From NCBI RefSeq assembly GCF_006345805.1, contig NW_021824493.1, forward strand, positions 1 through 18,573: a stretch of 18,573 nucleotides of DNA. The letters run 5' to 3'. The notes below the pieces were generated by a model. The model worked only from the letters and a program-made list of their open reading frames with translations, ran no database searches and was not told where the DNA came from. This DNA is from Octopus sinensis (lineage: Eukaryota). Position 1 is the stretch's first letter, and each line of letters opens with the position of its first letter. Position numbers and translations under genes: made by a program. Shown here piece by piece: positions 11,225 to 18,573 of the stretch.

Positions 11225-11672
11225 CTCTTTTCTTTCAGCCATTCAATCTTCCCTTGTCTCTTCACTTCTCCACTTCTCTCTGTCACAATCTTTCTCTCTC
11301 ACCTTTCATCTCTCTTTTTCAGCCATTCAATCTTCCCTTGTCTCTTCACTTCTCCACTTCTCTCTGTCACAATCATTCCTCTCTCACCATCATCTTCTTC
11401 TTTGCCATTCAATCTTCCCTTGTCTCTTCACTTCTCCACTTCCTCTGTCACAATCTTTCCTCTCTCAACCTTCTCTCTTCTTTCAGCCATTCAATCTTCC
11501 CTTGTCTCTTCACTTTCCACTTCCTCTCTGTCACAATCATCCTCTCTCACCTTCTCATCTCTCTTCTTTCAGCCATTCAATCTTCCCTTGTCTCTTCACT
11601 TCTCCACTTCTCTCTGTCACAATCTTTCCTCTCTCACCTTCTCATCTCTCTTCTTTCAGCCAGTCAATCTTC
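11225..11672. repeat. Pyrimidine-rich minisatellite, 82-87 bp unit, ~5 copies, bracketed by a 52-bp direct repeat (11120-11171 and 11673-11724)
   Basis: The (A)GCCATTCAATCTTCCC motif recurs at about 11237, 11321, 11403, 11485, 11571 and 11658. Confidence 0.9.
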
Positions 11673-11837
11673 CCTCTCTTTAGCAATCTTTCATTTTCTT
11701 AATCCCTCATTTCTATTGCAGCTTCAATCTCTCTAGGTGCACAGTCGCTTTCTTTCTCTGCTTCTTCTCTGCCCGCTGCCACACTATTGAATTTTGAACA
11801 TAATTAGATAGATAAATAAATGGATAGATTATCCAAC

Positions 11838-12735
11838 ATGTCCAGAGCCTGGAAACCTGACGAACTGGCGTCGTTCGTACGTGCCTGGAAATGCGCCGAC
11901 GGAGAAAACCCAAACAATGTGATTACGGCTGCGCTGAAGAGCGGCAACTACAAAAGGATGGTAGCTCAGATAGAGCGAAAGAAACAGGAATTCAAACGCT
12001 CCTATGCGCTTGTACGGTCGCACATTGGAACAATTGATGCCATTTTTGAGAACGAGCAGGGCAAAGATGGCAAGGATGGAGACGATGAAAGAAGTCACCC
12101 CCACCTGGTGGACACCCGGGAAAGAGTTTTGAGTGAGAAACGGGAAGTGAACCCAAGTACAAATGCTCCTACCGGCAGCAAGGGCCATGGAGATGGAGAA
12201 CCCAAGGAAGAAGTAGAGGGAGGAAGAACTAAAAGAAGGACTGAAAGAGCTAAAGGAAAAGCTCAAGCAGGACCAAAGGGTGAAACATCCAGGAATAGAA
12301 GTGGAACCGCAAGGGATGGAAACAAACAGCGCACACGGGTGTGTAGGTTCTACTTGAGAGGTACCTGCTGGCATGGAGAGGAAGGTGCAGGCTGCCGCTT
12401 TGCACATCGGGGACCCTGCCGCAGAGACACGAAACGAAAACAGATAAAAAACCATCAACACAAGGAAAAGGGATGGACCACGCACCACATGCCCCAAAAC
12501 GGAGGTACGCAGATGTGGTGCGTGCCACAAACCGCCAACATGACGTTGTTGAAAGGGCAGCTGCTGAGCAAGAATCTTTTTTGTGCATGGCACAAAAGAT
12601 TGTACAGCAGACCTGGCTTCATCAAACCCAAATCACAGGTGGGACTACCCACAATATACAAGACCACCACAGCAAACAGACCCAAGATGGACACCGCCGG
12701 CAACAACATACACCTCACCTCGATGCTCCTACTGA
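11838..12735 (+). pseudogene. LINE ORF1 with a CCCH zinc finger (12342-12407), probably with two frameshifts
   Basis: The MSRAWKPDEL start is conserved with copy A. CRFYLRGTCWHGEEGAGCRFAH is C-x7-C-x8-C-x3-H. The C-terminal part (KRRYADVVRA...ESFLCMAQKIVQQ...PRWTPPATTYTSPRCSY*) lies in other frames and ends at TGA 12733-12735, matching the TGA ending at 4692 in copy A. Confidence 0.7.
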
Positions 12736-14060
12736 ACATCAGAGGACTGCAAACATTCAGTAACGGGACAAAAATCCCGTTCCTAAGAGGCTTTGTCGCA
12801 TGCAATCAAGCCTTATGCATAGCACTTACGGAAACGCATCTGAAACCGGACATAGCAGATGCGGAATTACACATACCACAGTATGCTGTACTACGGACCG
12901 ACAGAAAATAAAGGAGTCATGGAGGAGTTGCTATGTACATCCGTGAGGACCTCACACCCCAGGTCCTTTTGTCATACTCAAACTCGGTGTGTGACACACT
13001 AATTGTACACATAAGGCAACTCGATGTAGTTGTGTGTGCTACATATCGCCCTCCAGATGCCCCAAGCCATGTAGGCAAGTTTGAAGACTGCCTTATAAAA
13101 ATAGAAGAAGTTCTAATCACATTAGAACAACACATAAGTGTACTTCGCATGGGAGACTTCAATCTACCCAATGTCAGATGGCCTGAGGGCCGTTCTTTTC
13201 CAGGATTGACAAGATGTGAACGAGGACAGGCGAGGTCCCTCCTGAACCTCATCAACACCCTGTACATGGAGCAAGTAATACTCCAACCAACCAGGGCAGG
13301 TAACACACTGGATCTCTGCTTCTCAAATGACATGGATCTCATCCATAATGTGAAAGTGACACCGACACTACTCTCGAATCACAACATGGTAGAGCTGACC
13401 ATGTACGGGCCAAAAGAGAGCACGGACATGCAGCCTACAAGAAACCCTCAGAATCTTTCCAGCTTGAACTACCATAAGGCAAACTGGAAACAAATTGAGA
13501 AAGAGATCCTCAAACAAAACTGGCCTAAATGTCTCTCCTCGCCAGACATCGACGTGAAACTTCAACAATTCATGTCTGTAATGCAAGCCATATGCTACAA
13601 ATGTGTCCCAGAGAGAAAAGCCACTGTACACAAGAACAAAATCCCCAGAGAGAGGAAAATTTTAATGAGACGGCGTACAAAAATTTCAAATCGCCTAAAC
13701 AAACAGATTGAAAGCAGTGAAAAGTCCCGCCTAAAAATAGAACTGTTGGAAATTGAAAAATGTCTGCAACTCTCCCATGAAAAGGAAAGAGAAGACAAAG
13801 AAGCCTGGGCTATAGACAACATAAAATCTAACCCCAGAGCTTTCTACAGGTATGCCAAAGAAACAGCTACGGTGCACTGTAGAATAGGGCCACTCCTCGA
13901 AAAGGATGGCACACTTACAGGAAAGCCAATGAGGGTAAGTGAAATACTGAATGAGCAATTCAAGAGTGTTTTCACTCCACCCCTTGGGCATCTCCAAATC
14001 ACCAATCCAACTGACTTCTTTACCACTGCAGATATAAAATCAGAGGCGGCGACGATATAA
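12687..14060 (+). pseudogene. LINE ORF2 N-terminal half: apurinic-like (APE/EEP) endonuclease and linker, with an in-frame TAA at 12909-12911
   Basis: Motifs LLNIRGL, LTETHL, RTDRK*RSHGGVAMYIR, YRPP, GDFN, PTRAGNTLDLCF and SNH (SDH in copy A). ORFs 11820..12911 and 12933..14060 are in the same frame. Confidence 0.92.
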
Positions 14061-14092
14061 AGGAAGACGATGTAATCAAGGCTATAGATGAA

Positions 14093-15100
14093 ATGAAAAC
14101 AGACTCAGCTACTGGCCCCGATGGATTCCCGGCAATCCTCCTAAAAGCATGTAAGAGAGTCCTAGCAAGACCACTGCAGTTCCTCTTTCAGAGCTTCCTT
14201 GCAGCTGGCAAATTTCCAAGAAAACTGAAGGAAGGTAAAATATGCCCCATTCATAAAGGAGGTAGCAGAGCAGAGGCCAAGAACTACAGACCTATCTCTC
14301 TGACCTCACACATCAGCAAGGTCATGGAACGAATAGTCAGAAGGAAACTGATCACCTTCCTTGAAGAAAATGACTTGCTGCCCGACACCCAACATGGTTT
14401 CCGACCAGGGAGAAGCTGTTTAACTCAGCTCCTACAACACTATGACTGGGTGCTGAAACGGCTGCTCAACCACTCAAATGTGGAAGTGATATATCTCGAC
14501 TTTGCAAAGGCCTTTGATAAAGTCGATCATGGAATGATATGTCACAAACTGCGTGATCTCAACATAGTTGGAAAACTGGGAGAATGGCTTCATGACTTTC
14601 TGAAAGATAGAAGTCAGGCAGTAGTAGCCAATGGGGCCACTTCCATTAACACGCAAATAGTGAGCGGTGTCCCGCAGGGCACTGTTTTGGGACCACTACT
14701 GTTCATAATGGCCCTCTCAGACATGCCCTCAGCCACGCAGAGAGCCACGATCACAAGTTATGCAGATGATACAAAAGTTTCACAGGCAATACAGAACCCT
14801 GAGGACACTAAACGCTTGCAATGTGAGCTGGACAAAATATACAAGTGGGCTGAAAAGAATAGCATGCAGTTCAATGCTGAAAAGTTTCAAGCTTTATACT
14901 ATCAGCATGCAAAACAAAATGCAATACCCAATGAATACACTGGACCCGGAGGAACAGCAATCCCAGAGGCACAATCAGTGCGTGACCTGGGTATTTACAT
15001 GAGTGATGACGCAACCTTTCGTGTTCATGTTGCTAAATTGGCAATGAAATGTAGACGACTGGCCGGATGGATTCTCAGAACCTTTAGAACAAGAGATTAA
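14093..15100 (+). CDS. LINE ORF2 reverse transcriptase domain (open fragment of a disrupted ORF2)
   Basis: GPDGFP, NYRPISLTSHISKVMERIV, QHGFRPGRSC, YLDFAKAFDKVDH, SGVPQGTVLGPLLF, YADD (14759-14770), WAEKNSMQFNAEK and VRDLG. Confidence 0.95.
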   Translation: MKTDSATGPDGFPAILLKACKRVLARPLQFLFQSFLAAGKFPRKLKEGKICPIHKGGSRAEAKNYRPISLTSHISKVMERIVRRKLITFLEENDLLPDTQHGFRPGRSCLTQLLQHYDWVLKRLLNHSNVEVIYLDFAKAFDKVDHGMICHKLRDLNIVGKLGEWLHDFLKDRSQAVVANGATSINTQIVSGVPQGTVLGPLLFIMALSDMPSATQRATITSYADDTKVSQAIQNPEDTKRLQCELDKIYKWAEKNSMQFNAEKFQALYYQHAKQNAIPNEYTGPGGTAIPEAQSVRDLGIYMSDDATFRVHVAKLAMKCRRLAGWILRTFRTRD

Positions 15101-15466
15101 AACTATATTCCTTGGAGCGTAGGCGGGAAAGATATGCCATAATATACATCTGGAAGATCCTGGAGGGACGTGTCCCAAACATTGGCATCGAGAGTTACAC
15201 AAATGCCAGAACTGGGCGCCACTGCGTGGTGCCTAGGACTCCAAAATTGCCATCAAGATGTAGGACAAGATACTGATATAGCCTGGGCTTCCGAGGCCCA
15301 CAGCTCTTCAATATCCTCCCGAAGAACCTGAGAGACCTGCATGGGGTGGATGCAGATGTCTTTAAAATGAAACTGGATCTCTTCCTGTCAGGTATCCCAG
15401 ATGAACCAACATCACGGCAGGAGGTGCAGATGAGGGCAGCTGCATCGAACTCTCTCATTCACCAAA
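15097..15466 (+). pseudogene. LINE ORF2 C-terminal remnant after an internal deletion
   Basis: Reads LKLYSLERRRERYAIIYIWKILEGRVPN...GPQLFNILP...AASNSLIHQ and is homologous to about 9943-10311. Confidence 0.85.
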
Positions 15467-15468
15467 CT

Positions 15469-15967
15469 TAAAAAACTTTGTATGGAGTGAATGGTTACCT
15501 CTATGGAAATATATACACACACGTTATACATATATGTGTGCATAGATAAATATATAAATACATTTAAATATCTATATACACTTTTGTGCGATCTTTCTGC
15601 TACTTGTATATACTTTAGATCTTATATTCGTCCTAAAAAACTTTGTATGGAGTGAAAGGTTACCGCTATGGAAATATATACACACACATTATACATACAT
15701 CTGTGTATAGATGAATATATAAATACATTTAAATATCTATATACACTTTGTGCGATCTTTCTGCTACTTGTATATACTTTAGATTCTTATATTCGTCCTA
15801 AAAAACTTTGTATGGAGTGAAGGTTACCGCTATGGAAATATATACACACACATTATACATACATCTGTGATAGATGAATATATAATACATTTAAATATCT
15901 ATATACACTTTTGGGGCGATCTTTCTGCTACTTGGATATAGGTCTTATATTCGTTGTAAAAAACTTT
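15469..15967. repeat. Tandem repeat, 165-bp unit, 3 copies, probably internal to the adjacent minus-strand Helitron-like element
   Basis: TAAAAAACTTT starts at 15469, 15634, 15799 and 15957. Confidence 0.92.
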
Positions 15968-16409
15968 CCTGTCACACACTCACGCAAACACACAGACGCA
16001 TCCTCATCACACACACACCACACACAACACACACTCACACACACACACGTTAGCTTACAATTTTATTTACATATTGCGTGTCTATGTGTGTAAAGTGGAA
16101 GTGGGAATGTAGAGTGAAATAGTCACACACTACAGAAAGTGAATTAGTTTCACTTTATTCGTTGCACATGTGTGTGTGCGTGGTGCGTGTGGTGTAACCA
16201 CATTAAGAAAAGCATTTGACATACACACCAGAATGTGAGTTTTCTGTAAATCTTGCTTAATTGGAGTTTTAATTTTAAAAACTGACCTGGCATGATCCGA
16301 TGCATTCTACTCTTAAAATCTAGGTAAATTGTAATTGAAGAAATCCTATATTGTAGATTTCTATAACTGACAAAGGGAGGCAGATAAAATCTGCCTTTAT
16401 AATAAGAGA
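15968..16409 (-). mobile_element. Non-autonomous Helitron-like element, 5' portion (left arm of the palindrome)
   Basis: The minus strand starts TCTCTTATTATAAAGGCAGA after an A. It is homologous to 16410-16684 and contains CA/GT microsatellite. No CTAG 3' end was found. Confidence 0.55.
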
Positions 16410-17040
16410 TCTCTTATTATAAAAGGCAGAATTTTATCTGCCTCCCTTTGGGAGTTATAGAAATCTACAATATAGGATTTCTTCAATTCCAATTTACCTA
16501 GCATTTTTAAGAGTAGAATGCATCGCGTCATGCCAGGTCCAGTTTTTAAAATTTAAACTCCAATTAAGCAAAATTTACAGAAAACTCACATTCTGGTGTG
16601 TGTGTCCAAATGCTTTTCTTAGTCTGGTTTACACAACACGCAAACGCACACACACAGTGTGCAACGAATAAAATGAAAGTAAATAGCGACAGAGTGATTT
16701 GAGGAAGACTAAACTGAAAGTATTTAAACCACTACTCAAAAAATAAAAAAACACAGCAAACAGAAACAAATAAATACATAACCATTTACTCCTCACACAA
16801 TTTCTTCAATTAGAATTTACCTAAGATTTTTCAAAGTACTCCATTCGATCATGCCATAATAATTTCTTCTCAATTTCAGCCCCAATTAAGACAAAATTCG
16901 AGAAAACTCAATATTTTAACATATCACTCTCACAGAAGCATTGATGTAACATGTGTGCGTGCGTGAGTGTGTGGTGTGTCATTCCTCACACACACGCATA
17001 CACATACATATACAACTACATACACATACAACTACATACA
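16410..17040 (+). mobile_element. Non-autonomous Helitron-like element, 5' portion (right arm of the palindrome), right boundary approximate
   Basis: Starts A|TCTCTTATTATAAAAGGCAGA with a small hairpin (GGCAGA...TCTGCC). It has an internal diverged duplication, 16478-16592 versus 16801-16914. No 3' CTAG was seen. Confidence 0.55.
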
Positions 17041-17269
17041 ACACGTGGTGTTTGTTATTAGTAAAAAAGGCGCCAAAACTCAACTCACTTATCATTCCAA
17101 CACATTTGCAAAGACCACGGACGGACAGAAAGGTAAATTGGTTTTTATTTTACTCTGTATATATATTTTTATATAATATTATATATAGATATATGTATAT
17201 ATAATTGCAGTATGAAACAGTGTTTATGTATAAACAGACGACACTATATATAGTTATTATAATAAGAGA
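17041..17269 (-). mobile_element. Possible third Helitron-like 5' end
   Basis: The minus strand starts A|TCTCTTATTATAATAAC, sharing 14 bp with the termini at 16409/16410 and then diverging. The left boundary is a guess. Confidence 0.35.
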
Positions 17270-17290
17270 TTAATAAATGTATGCATCCGT

Positions 17291-17616
17291 TTAACCCTTT
17301 CGTTACCAAGCCGCCCGAATTTACCTATTCATATTTAAATGAGAATATCAGAGCAATCTCTTTAGTACATTCGTGAAAACACGTATTATACTTCGTAAAC
17401 ACTTCAACTACAGTTTTGTACAAAAATCGAAGTGTAATTTTAATTCCGTGAATTATGGGAGATTTTTTTCCGAAATTTGTTCCTATTGTGTTTTCAAAAT
17501 TGTAATTCTGACAAAAAATGGATACGAATTTCATTATATCAAGCAGCGAGTCAGAATTCGAAGGATTTTCTACTGAAGACCTTCATAAATCTAACTCTAT
17601 GACTGAAAAAAAAGCA
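17291..17616 (+). mobile_element. piggyBac-like DNA transposon left end with the start of a transposase ORF, cut by a Helitron
   Basis: TTAA|CCCTTTCGTTACC fits the TTAA target plus CCC-starting TIR. ATG at 17518 gives MDTNFIISSSESEFEGFSTEDL, an acidic S-E-F-E-G-F leader seen in piggyBac-type transposases. No right TIR is present in the window. Confidence 0.55.
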
Positions 17617-18012
17617 TCTTTATATAAGAGTGAAGTTGTGTGTCTGTCTCCTACGATTTAGATTCCTAACTACTCCCACATTTTGCGGTGCAGTTTAACC
17701 AAAAGCGGGTATCTTAGAGTCGTGATTCATATCGAGCCCTTCTGGGTATTAGCGTGCATCTACGATGAGTCTACGAATAAAAAAAAAATTTACCATCATA
17801 TTTTTCCATTTTAATGCATTTTTTTCGCTTTTATATAAGGGAAGTAACTCTCTAAAAATATCTACGATGTATCAAAGATTTAAAAAAAAATTTACCTTAA
17901 TTTTTTTTCAATTTTTAATGCATTTTTTTGCTATTTTTTGGCTATAACTCTCTAAAAATGCTTATATAGTTATTTCCCTTACAACCCGAGCAACGCCGGG
18001 CGATACTGCCAG
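17617..18012 (+). mobile_element. Complete short non-autonomous Helitron (~396 bp)
   Basis: 5' A|TC start, subterminal hairpin CCCGAGCAACGCCGGG (17985-18000), 3' end CCAG|T (variant of CTAG|T), no target-site duplication, and a second copy at 18442. Confidence 0.8.
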
Positions 18013-18024
18013 TATATATATATA

Positions 18025-18248
18025 TGTGTGTGTGTGTTTGTGTGTCTGTGTTTGTCCCCCTAGCATTGCTTGACAACCAATGCTGGTGTGTTTACGTCCC
18101 CGTCACTTAGCGGTTCGGCAAAAGAGACCGATAGAATAAGTACTGGTCTTACAAAGAATAAGTCTCGGGGTCGATTTGCTCGATTAAGGCGGTGCTCCAG
18201 CATGGCCGCAGTCAAATGACTGAAACAAGTAAAAGAGTAAAAGAGTAA
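18025..18248 (+). mobile_element. SINE 3' half (5'-truncated, no tRNA head) with a LINE-related tail and (AGTAAAAG)n terminus
   Basis: GT-rich start, core GATAGAATAAGTAC...GGGGTCGATTTG, and tail GGCGGTGCTCCAGCATGGCCGCAGTCAAATGACTGAAAC plus 8-bp repeats. It resembles octopus SINEs as recalled, not checked against a database. Confidence 0.75.
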
Positions 18249-18382
18249 TAGGCACCTGAGATTTCTTTAAAAACATTTTATTACCTTTAAACTTCTAGCT
18301 TACAATTAACTAAATTAGCATAGAATATTTTTTTTATAATTAATATCTAAACTGTTTATATATGAATGCGAAAGAGATAGTT

Positions 18383-18417
18383 GAATAACTGTAAACCTAC
18401 TTTTGGATCATCCTGTA
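18383..18417. mobile_element. Tc1/mariner-like terminal inverted repeat (single end)
   Basis: The reverse complement reads TA|CAGGATGATCCAAAAGTAGGTTTACAGTT, close to TA|CAGGGTG...AAAAGTAGGTTTACAGTT-type termini. No partner end is visible. Confidence 0.45.
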
Positions 18418-18441
18418 TGTAATTCAAAATATAAACAATAA

Positions 18442-18573
18442 TCTTTATATATAAAAGTGAAGTTGTGTGTCTGCCTCCTACGATTTAGATTCCTAAAACT
18501 ATACTCCCACATTTTGCGGTGCAGTTTAACCAAAACAGGGTATCTTATAGTCGTGATTCATATCGAGCCCGTC
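18442..18573 (+). mobile_element. Helitron 5' end, same family as 17617-18012, running off the window
   Basis: A|TCTTTATATATAAAAGTGAAGTTGTGTGTCTG... aligns to about 17617-17740. Confidence 0.85.

Larger units (their letters stand above)
11785..15466 (+). mobile_element. Near full-length, disabled CR1-group non-LTR retrotransposon (copy B). The 5' boundary is approximate and the 3' UTR is missing
   Basis: ORF1, APE endonuclease, RT and the C-terminal region occur in order. Lesions: TAA at 12909, frameshift near 14055, internal deletion at 15097, and an abrupt end after AASNSLIHQ. Confidence 0.95.

Noticed and set aside
10681-11672. CRISPR-like appearance of the tandem arrays (also 15469-15967)
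   Set aside because: Whole units repeat with no unique spacers, there are no cas genes, and the context is eukaryotic.
11254-11736. 160-aa Ser/Leu/Phe-rich ORF
   Set aside because: It is a translation of the pyrimidine-rich minisatellite.
11829-12593. 254-aa antisense ORF, and similar antisense ORFs at 3498-4091, 4839-5324, 7846-8232 and 12917-13342
   Set aside because: They are shadows of the LINE coding strand with no recognisable motif and are not kept open consistently between copies.
11820-12911. Apparent 363-aa ORF1-endonuclease fusion protein
   Set aside because: The ORF1-like C-terminal motifs lie in the two other frames, and copy A shows a 1-nt difference near 12630. Two small indels plus the natural -1 overlap can explain the continuous frame.
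14093-15100. Prokaryotic RT system (retron, group II intron, DGR) or telomerase
   Set aside because: The upstream APE endonuclease, ORF1 and CR1-type C-terminus identify it as a non-LTR retrotransposon.

Overview
This is AT-rich eukaryotic DNA made almost entirely of repeats, with no recognisable host gene. From recalled SINE, Helitron and Penelope motifs it looks like a cephalopod (Octopus-like) genome, which is an inference. The first ~10.4 kb is a sea of degenerate (TA)n microsatellite carrying fragments of CR1-group LINEs and Penelope-like elements, two of them with minimal hammerhead-ribozyme motifs. The LINE pieces there are arranged as a ~3.6 kb segment flanked by an inverted duplication with reciprocal truncations. 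Next come two tandem arrays and a near full-length but disabled CR1-group LINE (ORF1 with a CCCH zinc finger, APE endonuclease, RT). The right end holds a 165-bp array, a spacerless head-to-head pair of Helitron-like 5' ends, a piggyBac-like left end, two copies of a second Helitron family, a Tc1/mariner-like terminus, and a SINE 3' half whose structured tail matches the LINE 3' UTR. All identities quoted are hand estimates.
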